In this document: in pieces, positions 44,239 through 54,652 of the stretch
How positions within the stretch are numbered: the stretch's first letter is position 1
How the letters are laid out: every line of letters starts with the position of its first letter
IMG/VR virus record: IMGVR_UViG_3300040811_001959
Origin: a virus
Lineage: Duplodnaviria; Caudoviricetes
Length of the DNA stretch: 64,000 nucleotides
Strand: one strand, 5' to 3'
Made by a program: the position numbers and the translations under genes
Notes under the pieces: model-generated
The model's input: the letters and a program-made list of their open reading frames with translations, nothing else
What the model was told of the DNA's origin: nothing
Database searches by the model: none

Positions 44239-45012
44239 ATGCAAAATGTTACAGTTGTCTGGAGAGCATGCGATGCTAGGTTTGGAGTTCATGCAAAAGA
44301 TAGATTTTTTTCAAATAGTAAAACAGAAGTTTCTATAACTTGTTTCCAAAGTTTTTATAATTCATTTAAAAATTATTTAGATAGAACTAAGTTTGTAATT
44401 ATCCTAGACCGTCCTAGTCAAAAATTATTAAATTTTTATAAAACAATAGATGCAAAAATTGTAAATTATATAGGAGATTCTAAAGGAGGATTACGACAAA
44501 ATATCCAAACAAGTTTACAAGAAGCCTATAATGTAACAACAGATTGGGTATGGATACAAGAAGATGATTATTTATTTGTAGAAAATGCTGCTGAGAGTTT
44601 TTTTAATCTCATTGATAATAAAAATAGAATACTAAAACAAAAAAATGATAAAATTAATTTAATCATCTATCCAGCTGACTATAGCGATAGATATATTAGA
44701 ACACAGGACGGCAGGAGTAGATATCAATTATTTTTAGGTGATTACGGATATTGGAGAGAGATTCACAATACAACTTTTTCTTGGTGCATTAAAACTGCAA
44801 ATTTAAATCTATTAAAAGACCAATTCCAGCAGATGTTTGTTGAAAGAAGGTATAAGAATTTCGACAGTTATTTAAGCGAAGAAATTTGGAAAGACAGTTT
44901 GATTGTTAGTCCTTTACCAAGTTTAAGTTTCCATTTAGATACGCATGTTAAACCTCCTCCGTGTATAGATTGGAAAGGATTATGGAATAAAAATGTTCAT
45001 GTATGTGTGTGA
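44239..45012 (+). CDS. glycosyltransferase-like protein (GT-A)
   Basis: WVWIQEDDY; start after TAAATA. Confidence 0.65.
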   Translation: MQNVTVVWRACDARFGVHAKDRFFSNSKTEVSITCFQSFYNSFKNYLDRTKFVIILDRPSQKLLNFYKTIDAKIVNYIGDSKGGLRQNIQTSLQEAYNVTTDWVWIQEDDYLFVENAAESFFNLIDNKNRILKQKNDKINLIIYPADYSDRYIRTQDGRSRYQLFLGDYGYWREIHNTTFSWCIKTANLNLLKDQFQQMFVERRYKNFDSYLSEEIWKDSLIVSPLPSLSFHLDTHVKPPPCIDWKGLWNKNVHVCV

Positions 45013-45571
45013 CTGGTTTGCTAAACACAGAGCTAAAGAAAATGGTTACTTCGTAGAAATTGGCGCCTATACTGGTAAAACTCAAAATTCTACATTTGTA
45101 TTAGAAAAAAAAGGATGGCATGGATTGTGTTTTGAGCCAGTATATGGTAATTTTAGGAAACTAAAAAAAAGAAGGAAATGCGAATGTATAAATGCCGCTG
45201 TGTATGATTACACTGGGGAAATAGAATTTGTCGAAGTAGATATTTCAGGTTGGGGAGGTATTAGTGAATCTCATCAACCAAAACATAAAGAAAGATATAT
45301 AAATTCCACAAAAAAATATTCTGTACCATGCATAGCGTTTAATGATGCAGTAAAATTACAAAATATAAATTATTTACAGATAGATGTAGAAGGAGCAGAA
45401 TCAAAAATATTAAAATCTATAGATTGGAATTTTTATAATATAGATTATATTTGTATAGAAGATAACCTGCGAGTTGAAACAAAGGATAGTTACTACAGTA
45501 ATTTGATGAAAGATTTAGGATATAAAGAGATTTATTTTGAAAAGAAAGATTTTTTATATGAAAAAATCTAA
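44993..45571 (+). CDS. FkbM-family methyltransferase
   Basis: FVEIGA, GLCFEP, YLQIDVEGAE. Confidence 0.85.
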   Translation: MFMYVCDWFAKHRAKENGYFVEIGAYTGKTQNSTFVLEKKGWHGLCFEPVYGNFRKLKKRRKCECINAAVYDYTGEIEFVEVDISGWGGISESHQPKHKERYINSTKKYSVPCIAFNDAVKLQNINYLQIDVEGAESKILKSIDWNFYNIDYICIEDNLRVETKDSYYSNLMKDLGYKEIYFEKKDFLYEKI

Positions 45572-46049
45572 ACCTTATATGAAAAGTAAAGAATGGAATT
45601 TTTTAATTTCACATCTAAATTCAGAAGATATAATGTTAGAGTACGGAAGCGGTTCATCAACAACTCTGCTAGGACCCTTGGTAAAAAAATTAGTAAGTCT
45701 TGAACATGATAAAAAATGGTATGAAAAGGTTTTAAATGAAAATAATCTTGCTAATGTTGAATTGTGTTTTGTACCTCCAGATAGTCCAAGGACTATACCT
45801 ACACAAAAAGAACAGTTTCTATCCTACATAAATTGGGTTACAACTAGGAAAGAAATATTTACAAAAGTTTTAATTGATGGTCGTGCTAGGCAATGGTGTG
45901 CAGAGTCAATTTTAGATAATTTAGCAGAAAATCATTTAGTATTTCTTCATGATTATAATTTAATTGAACGTCCTTATTACCAAAGAGTTTTAAATTTTTA
46001 TGAGATAATAGATAAATGTCACACTATGATAATGTTACAAAAGAAGTAG
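45558..46049 (+). CDS. class I SAM-dependent methyltransferase
   Basis: MLEYGSGSST, SLEHD, VLIDGRAR, FLHD. Confidence 0.75.
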   Translation: MKKSKPYMKSKEWNFLISHLNSEDIMLEYGSGSSTTLLGPLVKKLVSLEHDKKWYEKVLNENNLANVELCFVPPDSPRTIPTQKEQFLSYINWVTTRKEIFTKVLIDGRARQWCAESILDNLAENHLVFLHDYNLIERPYYQRVLNFYEIIDKCHTMIMLQKK

Positions 46050-46771
46050 TCCTTGCTACTACATTTAGTGAAAATGGTTATAATAAGTACGGTAAATCTT
46101 GGATTGAAAGTGTTAAAAAATATTGGTCTCCGAACATCAATGTACATTTATATTTAGATTTTACAGTTCCAAACTTACCATCAAATTTTAAAATCTTATC
46201 TTTTAAAAGAAATTTTTCTACGATTCAAAAAAATTTAATTGAAAGGGTTAACGATCATTATAAGGATTCTAAAGGAAAAGGTTTAGTTATTAAAGATAAA
46301 ACAATTAAATTCAGTCATAAAATGTTTGTTGTATTAAATGAAATTAAAAACGTATCTTTGAAAAATTTTGTTTGGTTAGACGGAGATGTTGAAACGATAG
46401 ATTTTGTAGATAAAAACTTTATTTTAAAAATAAATGACGGTAAGTTTTTAGGTTGTCAAACAGAAAAACAAACACATAGATATCCGCATATAGAAAGTGG
46501 CATATTAATTTTTGATTTAGCAAATCAACATGTAAAACAATTTTATTCTTTGTTGAAATTATTTTATACGTCGGATTATTTGTTTAAATTAAAAAAACCA
46601 TATGACGGATATGTAATTGGTTTTATCCTAAAAAAATATAAGTTTTCTTTTTATGATTTTAACAAAGGATTAAAAATTGTAGGTAAAACAAGTCATGCAG
46701 ATGAGACATTTCAACACCCTCTTTTGCAAGAAAAATTTGTACATAATATAGGAGATAGGAAAAATTTATAA
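46016..46771 (+). CDS. nucleotide-diphospho-sugar transferase (GT-A)
   Basis: KFSHKMF, VWLDGD, ESG; third paralogue in the island. Confidence 0.78.
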   Translation: MSHYDNVTKEVVLATTFSENGYNKYGKSWIESVKKYWSPNINVHLYLDFTVPNLPSNFKILSFKRNFSTIQKNLIERVNDHYKDSKGKGLVIKDKTIKFSHKMFVVLNEIKNVSLKNFVWLDGDVETIDFVDKNFILKINDGKFLGCQTEKQTHRYPHIESGILIFDLANQHVKQFYSLLKLFYTSDYLFKLKKPYDGYVIGFILKKYKFSFYDFNKGLKIVGKTSHADETFQHPLLQEKFVHNIGDRKNL

Positions 46772-47221
46772 ACTTGCATCTTCCATTCCTGCTACCCTTA
46801 GCTTAACAATGTTAGTAATTTGCCATTGTTTCTGATCGAGACCTTTTAGTATTCCTAACCATTTATTCCTTAATAAAGCAAACTCGTTAACTATCTTTTC
46901 AAAATCAACCACATCTAGTTCTCCGTCTACATACTTTTCAACATCACGACTAGACAATGCTCGTTGATAATTTTCTAAATATTTTTTAAAATAACTGCTA
47001 CGTAATTTCCTCAGTTCAATATTCAGATAGTTTAATATAGCTTCTATTTCTTGCAATTGATTAAAACGATGTTCTACAATTCCTGGAAGTTCTGCAGCAA
47101 GTTTTTCAACATTACCTTTAACTTTGCATTCAAGTTTTGCATCTCTTAATTCAGTTTCAAAATGCAATATAGCATCCGGAATTTTTCCAATGTCTCTTGC
47201 AACTTCGCTATACCAACCCAT
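46766..47221 (-). CDS. uvsY: recombination mediator UvsY-like
   Basis: LENYQRALSSRDVEKYVDGE...LDQKQWQITNIVKLR; downstream of uvsX. Confidence 0.8.
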   Translation of the reverse strand: MGWYSEVARDIGKIPDAILHFETELRDAKLECKVKGNVEKLAAELPGIVEHRFNQLQEIEAILNYLNIELRKLRSSYFKKYLENYQRALSSRDVEKYVDGELDVVDFEKIVNEFALLRNKWLGILKGLDQKQWQITNIVKLRVAGMEDASL

Positions 47222-47229
47222 TTATCCTT

Positions 47230-47442
47230 TTAATAATCTTCATCATCTTCGTCTATGTCTAAGTAATAGGAAATTGCAATATCAAGTGTATTACAATTTC
47301 CTAATGAATTTTTCATTGCATCGTCTGTCGTTCCAAAATCTGCAAGTAGTTCTACAAAGTGTTCTGCTGCAACTGTTAACTGTTTCTTGTCACAGTGCTC
47401 ACGAAACAGGCTCCAAATCTCGACTATCTGTTGTTCCGTCAT
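47230..47442 (-). CDS. small acidic hypothetical protein
   Basis: 70-aa ORF between uvsX and uvsY. Confidence 0.55.
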   Translation of the reverse strand: MTEQQIVEIWSLFREHCDKKQLTVAAEHFVELLADFGTTDDAMKNSLGNCNTLDIAISYYLDIDEDDEDY

Positions 47443-48496
47443 TTTCTATAATCTCCTCTTCCATAGATGGAGTATTTATGTCTTTTTGTTTTTTTGGATA
47501 GTCTTGCATAACCATATCTAACAGTTCGCCAGTCCAATTTTTACGATATTCTTTGTGCTCATTTCCTTCACTATCGATGTAACGCAATCTATTTCCGTCC
47601 TTAACAAGATGACCTTGTTTTTCAAATAGGTCAACAAGACCACTATACGGATTCATTCCAGTTTCATAAGGAATCTTAACTTGCACTCCTTCAAACGGTT
47701 TTGCATAACGTGTTTTCATTACCTTACAAGCTGCACGGATACCTTGTACTTCAGAGGTTTTGTTACCATCTTCATCTTCTTTTAGTTTAAGTTTCTTCAT
47801 TGCAACTACAATACTACTTGCATAGATAAAACCTTGTCCGCCTGAAATTTTATCATCAGGATCAAACATATCTTGACTTGCGTATGTGTGATTAGTTGCT
47901 ACAAGTCCTACATTATGACTGCCGAACATGTTTACACAATTCCTTACAAGTGCAGTAAGTGCTTTAGGTTTCCTACCCATATCACCTTTAAGATCGCCCT
48001 TGCCAAATTGATCAACATCAGTTGGTGTTAGTAACATGCCTAAACTGTCGATAACAAACAATACCTTAGGTTTGTCTTCTCCTTCAAGATTTTTGTAATC
48101 ATCAATAAAGACTGAGATAGTTTTAGCTACATCATCAATCATACTCATATTAAGCTTTAGTAGCTTTTTTTCGCTTGTATCAACATTTAATTTCCTAAGC
48201 CAGTCTTCGTCAAGTGCATTTTCACTGTCAATGAGCACAACAAAAATGTCTTGGTCTTGTGCTGCTTTTACAATGTTACCTGCACAGATATAGCTCTTAC
48301 CTGCACCGGACTCTCCTGCAAACACACTCACTTTGCCTAATGGAATGCCTTTGTGAAAATCTCCTGAGATAAGATAATTTAATGCATAGTTGCCAGTTGA
48401 TATCCAATCAGTTGGATCATTAAAACCAGCACTCATGCCTGTGATAGATTTTGTTAATTGTGTTCTAAATTTACTTGGATCAAATGCTTTTGCCAT
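47399..48496 (-). CDS. uvsX: RecA/UvsX recombinase
   Basis: GIPLGKVSVFAGESGAGKS, IDSENA, VIDSLG, ISGGQGFIYASS, MKTR. Confidence 0.92.
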   Translation of the reverse strand: MAKAFDPSKFRTQLTKSITGMSAGFNDPTDWISTGNYALNYLISGDFHKGIPLGKVSVFAGESGAGKSYICAGNIVKAAQDQDIFVVLIDSENALDEDWLRKLNVDTSEKKLLKLNMSMIDDVAKTISVFIDDYKNLEGEDKPKVLFVIDSLGMLLTPTDVDQFGKGDLKGDMGRKPKALTALVRNCVNMFGSHNVGLVATNHTYASQDMFDPDDKISGGQGFIYASSIVVAMKKLKLKEDEDGNKTSEVQGIRAACKVMKTRYAKPFEGVQVKIPYETGMNPYSGLVDLFEKQGHLVKDGNRLRYIDSEGNEHKEYRKNWTGELLDMVMQDYPKKQKDINTPSMEEEIIENDGTTDSRDLEPVS

Positions 48497-48553
48497 AATT
48501 GTGCCTTAAAAAGTCAGAATGCAAGGAACAATATGTTCCTTGCTGGTAATGTG

Positions 48554-49516
48554 TTAGTCTGCTTGTCTTGCTCGGATCATTGCAAGGATGTCTTTTGCAT
48601 TATCCCCGCCTGCTGAAGTTTCTGCTACTACAGGTTCGCTTACTGTAACAGTTTCTTCTTTTGTTTCAACTACAGTAGTTGTTGTAGTAGGAGTAGAATT
48701 TGCATTTGTATTAGGATCTCCAGTCATTGCTGACATTCCTGCTGGACGGAAGTATTGACTCCATCGTTCGCTATCGTATGCTTCTCCGTCTACGCTAGCC
48801 TCAAACATCTGTTGAATGATTTTAAGCTCAACATCAGTTGGTTTCTTAGGAAGGAAATCATTTAGATTAAATAAGCCAAATGAATTAATTGCATGCATTT
48901 CTTTGTCGTTTAGTGGCCGCTCTCTACGTGCCCAATTACTAGTTGAATAATCGGCAAATCCACCTTTAGATGTCTTATTAAGACGGAAGTCAATACCACT
49001 TGTATAATCAGTTGGCAATTCTTCCATATCCGGATCCATTAACGCTTGTTTAATAATCTGGAAGATTTGAGGTCCAATAATAAATCTGCGGATTGGATTT
49101 TCTGGTACAGTTTCTTCTTTTAATGGATCGTCGTTCACAAAACCTTGGAAAAGATATGAACGCTTTTTCCAATACTTACGACCCATTTCTTCTAGGCTAG
49201 GATCTTTAAACCAGCCACGTACCTCATTAAGGATAGCACAACTCTCGCCATACATTTCCATACAAGGAATTTGCACCTGTACTGGTTTACTGTCGGTTTC
49301 TCCTTTTACACCTGCAAAAGGAAGTTTGATCATTAGTCGCTCTCGCCAGAAAAAAGTATTGTTGTTATCGCCATCTGGAAGGAACCTAAGAGATGCAGTA
49401 GTACCCTCTGCCATATTCCAAAAGGGATAGATACCGTTATCACCACCGGATGTGTTTCCACCTTGTCTTGATTCTTGTTCTTTGAGTTTTGCTCGAATTT
49501 CTGCTAAAGTTGCCAT
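48554..49516 (-). CDS. single-stranded DNA-binding protein (T4 gp32-like)
   Basis: LRFLPDG, C...C..L...WF..., GRKYWKKRSY, IIGPQIF, GIDFRL, YSTS. Confidence 0.85.
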   Translation of the reverse strand: MATLAEIRAKLKEQESRQGGNTSGGDNGIYPFWNMAEGTTASLRFLPDGDNNNTFFWRERLMIKLPFAGVKGETDSKPVQVQIPCMEMYGESCAILNEVRGWFKDPSLEEMGRKYWKKRSYLFQGFVNDDPLKEETVPENPIRRFIIGPQIFQIIKQALMDPDMEELPTDYTSGIDFRLNKTSKGGFADYSTSNWARRERPLNDKEMHAINSFGLFNLNDFLPKKPTDVELKIIQQMFEASVDGEAYDSERWSQYFRPAGMSAMTGDPNTNANSTPTTTTTVVETKEETVTVSEPVVAETSAGGDNAKDILAMIRARQAD

Positions 49517-49636
49517 AATATGCCTTTCTATAAATTGTTAAATGTGCCTTAGCTGTTGCCTTAAATGTGTAGCACAAACATATATGCTACACGAGTATTT
49601 ATCAAATGTCAATAATTAAATTACTGATTTGATAGA

Positions 49637-49822
49637 TTATTTGTGTTCATCTGTGCAGTGTGTGTGCCAGTATGAACTTCCGTGTTGATCGTCATGATCA
49701 TGATGTTGCCATGAATTGCAATGATCATGATCATGCATTCGTGACATATGGTGTTCTCTGTGTGGTGTAGTACAAGCTGCGAGTAAAATAGTTGCAGCCG
49801 CTACAGTAAAAAATAATTTCAT
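49637..49822 (-). CDS. His-rich small lipoprotein
   Basis: lipobox LAAC; mature part dominated by His/Asp. Confidence 0.65.
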   Translation of the reverse strand: MKLFFTVAAATILLAACTTPHREHHMSRMHDHDHCNSWQHHDHDDQHGSSYWHTHCTDEHK

Positions 49823-49831
49823 AATTTCCTT

Positions 49832-51574
49832 TTATGCTATTCCAGCAAGCTTCAAAATATCTTGTGCTTCTGTACTGTACTTATCTTTAATTCTACCAAG
49901 CTCTTCTTGATTGGCGCCATCTCTTCCTGCTTGAGCAAGGGCTTTCATGCCATCTTTGCCATATTTCTTTTTACCAATATGATATTGTAAACCGGATTCG
50001 TCTACATCGTTTTCGTAGGTCTTTGTGAATTGCGGATCAACTTCGTGTATTTTATTGCCATACATCATTTTTAATTTATGGAACGCAGAATTAGGCAATA
50101 CCATGACTTCTGAATTTTCATCAGCAACTTCTATGTAACCGGCAAATCTTCTGTCATTCTGTATGTCATAATAATCTTCCATGTTAGGAACTACAAAATA
50201 TCGTCTATCACTTTTTGGTTTAGGATCAATTAATCTTTCTTCTACATCGTCGTCCATTAATACACCATCGGCATCAGTGTTATAACCGTTGTACTCTTGG
50301 AACTTTTGATTTATAGCTTCTATAAATTGTTTAGCTGGGTTGATTAGATTTTCGCCATAATCCTTTTCTACAGCAGTTAATACAGCAGTTTCTCCTTTTG
50401 GAAATTGTCCTGTTTCTCTATCATACATGCTTAATATAAATTCAGTTACTGGTACACTTTGCTTAGGCTTAAGATCATCTTCTGAAAGGGCATTATCTAC
50501 TATATCATCTGCCCATTCTTCAAATTCATGAAAAGTATCTTCTTCTTTTTCTGTTTCCTCTACCTCTTCGTCATTTACTTCATCAATAATATTATCAGGC
50601 GTAATTTTTTCAGCTTGTTTCTCACTAATCAATTTATAAATGTAAGGAAATACTTCTTGTAATTCTTCGTTGAATTGCTTGATAGTTAATTGATCAATCC
50701 AATTTTCTGCAACATCTTGTGGAACTTCTTGTAGATCTTCATTACTAAAATTTTCGACCATTTCTCGATATCTGTTTTCTTTTTGGATGCTTTCGATAGT
50801 TTTCTTTACAGTTGTAATACGATCATTTACAATGTCTGCATATTCAGATAAGCCTTCTGCCATAACACTTGATCGACTTACATAATTTTTAAACTTCTTA
50901 AGTTTACCTAATTCTTCGCTAAGACCTACAATGTGCTTGCCAAAATCATCATGCATTGTGCCTCCTTCTGAGACGTGTCTAGCCATTGCCCGTGCGCCAT
51001 TTAAATGCTTGATTGGATATTTAAATCTCTCTCCTTCGGCATTTTCTACATATATATTTTCTATATGTTGTGTTCGGCCACTTGCTAGATTATTATTTAC
51101 TGGTTGCGAATGCTTAATACTTAATCTAGCAGCACCTATATCTTGATAACTAGTTTTACTAGTTCCATAAAGTCGTGATTCTGTCATTGCTCCTTCTCCG
51201 GCGTTTTTAGCTAAAAATTGATAATCTCTTCTATTTAAATTACTTTTTGTTATGTCTCTTACATCAAAAGTTAATAATCTCTTTTTTGAAAAGTTTCTTA
51301 ATTCTCTTAAAAATGCATACCAATTTTTCTTTGTAGTTGCATCTTGTCCTTCTACAAAATTTTGTGCATACATAATGTTCAAACTTTTTTCATCAAGAGC
51401 TATGCTTACTTTGCCCAAACTATCGCCATTTTCTGTAAAATCAAAATCAAAAAATCTTGCTTCTTTTGGTTCGTTAGTTACATTTCCTTCTTCGTCACCT
51501 AGTGTAACACTGGGAAATTTTCCTCTAACTTTGTTAAATAGCTCTTCGCCTATAAAATTAATGTTCTTTTCCAT
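49832..51574 (-). CDS. hypothetical virion/head-region protein
   Basis: acidic protein directly after the terminase; TAAATA upstream; C-terminal ILKLAGI. Confidence 0.7.
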   Translation of the reverse strand: MEKNINFIGEELFNKVRGKFPSVTLGDEEGNVTNEPKEARFFDFDFTENGDSLGKVSIALDEKSLNIMYAQNFVEGQDATTKKNWYAFLRELRNFSKKRLLTFDVRDITKSNLNRRDYQFLAKNAGEGAMTESRLYGTSKTSYQDIGAARLSIKHSQPVNNNLASGRTQHIENIYVENAEGERFKYPIKHLNGARAMARHVSEGGTMHDDFGKHIVGLSEELGKLKKFKNYVSRSSVMAEGLSEYADIVNDRITTVKKTIESIQKENRYREMVENFSNEDLQEVPQDVAENWIDQLTIKQFNEELQEVFPYIYKLISEKQAEKITPDNIIDEVNDEEVEETEKEEDTFHEFEEWADDIVDNALSEDDLKPKQSVPVTEFILSMYDRETGQFPKGETAVLTAVEKDYGENLINPAKQFIEAINQKFQEYNGYNTDADGVLMDDDVEERLIDPKPKSDRRYFVVPNMEDYYDIQNDRRFAGYIEVADENSEVMVLPNSAFHKLKMMYGNKIHEVDPQFTKTYENDVDESGLQYHIGKKKYGKDGMKALAQAGRDGANQEELGRIKDKYSTEAQDILKLAGIA

Positions 51575-51585
51575 AATTGTATTTA

Positions 51586-53166
51586 TCAATAGTTGGTACT
51601 TACAAAGATAGGCATAGGTGCCTGATAATCTTCCTCTTCGTCCATGCTTTTAAATGAATTATATATCCGTGGGTCCCAATCTCGCAATATACTAATAATG
51701 CGTAAACATAACAACATTGCGCTTACTAGATCGTCACTCTCTTCTGCTTTTGCCCTATATGTGGTTCCTACAGCAACAAAATTTTTCAATTCACTAATTA
51801 ACGGAGCACTTGTAATCTGTAATTTATTATTTTCAATCATTACTTTTAATTTACTACATGCGGTTAATTTACTGCTATGTGTAGTATTAAATCCTTTCCT
51901 AAACTTCCTTACATGACCTTTGCGTATAGGCTCACTAATAAATAATCCAGGAATATTTTCTTCTCCGAAATCATTAATTACAAGTAAAGCAGCTTCTCCA
52001 ATAGCATTGTTTTCAACACTCCAGTATATATTTGTTGCGTTTTTTGTATGGCTAGCAATATAATCGCAAATATCTTTTAACACACGGATCTGTCCTGGTA
52101 TTGCAGTTGTATTATGCCTCCATTCACCTACTTGTTTATATGTAGGTAATTCTATTATTTGTATAGCAGCATAATCACCACCAGTTCCCATACTAGGATC
52201 TAAACCTACTACATATGTTGCATCTGGTTTTATTTTGTCGTACCATCGTGTTTGCCCCATGTTTACAACAACTTTAGATGCTTCCATTGTAGCAAGTGTC
52301 ATGCTATTAATAAGTGTTTCATCATAAACTAAAAATTCACACCCATATTCTCTGCGGAAACGTTCTTCTCCAATGCGACCCATTTCAGCTTCGCGCCATT
52401 CTTCGTCACGATCAGGGTGTTCATCCCAATGCACTGTAAAACTATGGAATCCATTAAGTCCTAATTCTTGTTCATTTCCATGATCGTCATACTTTTGTTC
52501 TGCTTGTTTCCAAATTGTTGCAAATGTATCTTCGTCTGAGTTTGGTGTACTGGTGATAATTGCACGACCACCAGTTGCGAGGGTAGGTGATATACTGGTC
52601 CAAAATTCTTCTGCAATGTTTGGAGCTACAAACGCAAACTCGTCACAGTATAATAAAGATATACTCATACCTCTACCAGTGTTATCTGTTGTAGTTGCAC
52701 TTACAATACGAGATCCGTTTTCAAATTCAATGCTACCTTTGTTATAACTAATTACTCCTGCTCTAATATAATCTGGACACATTTCATACACATATCTAAC
52801 CCTTTGCATAATTTCTTGTGCGCCTGTATATTTGTGGGCAGCAATTAAAATTGTTTGATCAGGGTTAAACATTGCAAACCAAGTTAGATAAATTGCAGCA
52901 CAAGTAGTTTTACCTGTTTGTCTTGGCAACATGTTTATATTAAATCGATATTTGTGATATGTATCAAAAAGTCTAACTTGGTATTCAAACGGATCAAATT
53001 TTAATTTGCCTTTTACAGGATGTTGAATATATGCAAAATTTTTAGAGAAGTATAAGTATCCATCTTGAGGATTCATGCATTTCATAAGATCCTCAATTTG
53101 TTCGTTTGTAAAAGTTTCTGTTTGATTTGCTTTTTTAGTTATTACACCATCTAAAGATTTACTCAT
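51586..53166 (-). CDS. terL: terminase large subunit (T4 gp17-like)
   Basis: PRQTGKTT, LLYCDEFAF, ITSTPN, GLDPSMGTGGDY, VENN, DDLVSA. Confidence 0.95.
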   Translation of the reverse strand: MSKSLDGVITKKANQTETFTNEQIEDLMKCMNPQDGYLYFSKNFAYIQHPVKGKLKFDPFEYQVRLFDTYHKYRFNINMLPRQTGKTTCAAIYLTWFAMFNPDQTILIAAHKYTGAQEIMQRVRYVYEMCPDYIRAGVISYNKGSIEFENGSRIVSATTTDNTGRGMSISLLYCDEFAFVAPNIAEEFWTSISPTLATGGRAIITSTPNSDEDTFATIWKQAEQKYDDHGNEQELGLNGFHSFTVHWDEHPDRDEEWREAEMGRIGEERFRREYGCEFLVYDETLINSMTLATMEASKVVVNMGQTRWYDKIKPDATYVVGLDPSMGTGGDYAAIQIIELPTYKQVGEWRHNTTAIPGQIRVLKDICDYIASHTKNATNIYWSVENNAIGEAALLVINDFGEENIPGLFISEPIRKGHVRKFRKGFNTTHSSKLTACSKLKVMIENNKLQITSAPLISELKNFVAVGTTYRAKAEESDDLVSAMLLCLRIISILRDWDPRIYNSFKSMDEEEDYQAPMPIFVSTNY

Positions 53167-53171
53167 TTTAT

Positions 53172-54641
53172 TTAAACTAGATTTGTAAAGAAGGTTTTTG
53201 GATCTACGCCTTGCCCTTGTAAGTAGTTAACTATCTTTTTACTAACCGCTTGTATTTTTGGATCAATTTTTGGTGCTGCTCCACCTTTTGCCTGAGGTGC
53301 TGCTCCACCGCCACCTTGTGCAAAATTCGCCTGTTGTGCTGCTGGCTTAGCTGCTGGCTTAGCTGCTGGCTTAGGTGCTGGCTTGGCTGCTCCACCTGCA
53401 CGTTGCTGTTGGAAATAATTTGCTTGATCATTTGTTGCTGGCTTGGCTGCTCCACCACTTTTCTCTGCTCCTGTAGGTTGTGTTTGTGAAACATCTGGTT
53501 GAGTTGCCGGTTCTGCTGTTGGCTCTTGTCCTTTTGTCGGAGTAGGAGGCGGACCTGCTTGGGGATTTGCTTGTCCTGCTGGTGGTTCTTCAGCTGGAGT
53601 TGGTGCTATATCGGGTGTATATTCTGCTGTAGGATCGTATGCCTGCTGACCAGCTGCTGGTTCTTCTGCTGCTGCTGGTTCTGCTGCTGCTGGTTGTTGT
53701 TCAGGTGGTGTTTGTTCTTCAGGTGGTGTTTCAGGTGCTGCTGCTGGTTGTTGTTCAGGTGGTGTTTGTTGACCACTACTTTGTTGAGTATTATCGTCTG
53801 TAGCAGAAACCTTCTGCGCTTGAGTTTGATCTTGTTTTTCTGCATCTTCGGCCCCTTTGTCTGCAGATCCAACACTTTGAGCATTTTTTATAAATTCATC
53901 CTCTTTGTCCATTAAGCTAAATTGATCGCCGCCACCTTTATAATGATCTCTCTTTTGCTCTAAATATTTTATCATTTGTTCTTTATTTAACTCGACTGTT
54001 TTACCAGTTCCATAATTCATTGTTGCTTTATAAGTATCAGGCTGGTTTTTTACATTTGCAATCTGTGCATCAAGCTGTGCTGCAGGGTCCTTTTTCTTTT
54101 TCTTTTTTTTTGCCGTAGGTTTAGCTGCTGTTTTTGTTTGCGTAGTTTGCGGTTGCTGATTATTATCTGATCCTCCACCGGTAGCCTTGTTGAATAAGTT
54201 CTTACCGGCTGATACTACATCATTCCAACTGAATTCATCTAGTTGTTCGTACTTTTCATACAAGTTTTTTTTTAACTGTGCTTTTAATTTTTGCTCATAT
54301 GTTATTGCAGGATCTTTAGCTCGTAACGCACCTTTATCTTTTTTCCTATTTAAGCCACCAGATAAATCCTGTAGCATGTATGAATCATCTTGATATTCTT
54401 CGTCTGGAGAATTAGCATATTCTTCTTCTACTGCTTCTCCACACGGTGTATCCATGCTGTGGGCTGCAGCACAAGCAGGACACATATGATCACCTTCATC
54501 AGGCATAGGTTGATTAATGTCCATGTCTGTAACTAGATGTGCAGTGTCTAAACCTGCATTTTTTAGAATTGCCATTAATTCTAAGACTTCGCTGCTGGTG
54601 TTTCCAGTCATTGATATATTCATACTTGCTTCTTTTAACAT
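53172..54641 (-). CDS. low-complexity P/A/Q/E-rich hypothetical protein
   Basis: TPPEQQPAAA and KPAA repeats; N-terminal CPACAAAH. Confidence 0.7.
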   Translation of the reverse strand: MLKEASMNISMTGNTSSEVLELMAILKNAGLDTAHLVTDMDINQPMPDEGDHMCPACAAAHSMDTPCGEAVEEEYANSPDEEYQDDSYMLQDLSGGLNRKKDKGALRAKDPAITYEQKLKAQLKKNLYEKYEQLDEFSWNDVVSAGKNLFNKATGGGSDNNQQPQTTQTKTAAKPTAKKKKKKKDPAAQLDAQIANVKNQPDTYKATMNYGTGKTVELNKEQMIKYLEQKRDHYKGGGDQFSLMDKEDEFIKNAQSVGSADKGAEDAEKQDQTQAQKVSATDDNTQQSSGQQTPPEQQPAAAPETPPEEQTPPEQQPAAAEPAAAEEPAAGQQAYDPTAEYTPDIAPTPAEEPPAGQANPQAGPPPTPTKGQEPTAEPATQPDVSQTQPTGAEKSGGAAKPATNDQANYFQQQRAGGAAKPAPKPAAKPAAKPAAQQANFAQGGGGAAPQAKGGAAPKIDPKIQAVSKKIVNYLQGQGVDPKTFFTNLV

Positions 54642-54652
54642 TGTTTTTCCTC

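Noticed and set aside
27194-53166. Inteins in the helicases, RecA or terminase
   Set aside because: Lengths and motif spacing are normal, with no obvious C...HN splice junctions.
53281-53770. DNA tandem repeats (GCTGCTGGCTTA x3, duplicated GCTGCTGGTTGTTGTTCAGGTGGTGTTTG)
   Set aside because: Fully explained by in-frame KPAA and TPPEQQPAAA peptide repeats of ORF 53172-54641.
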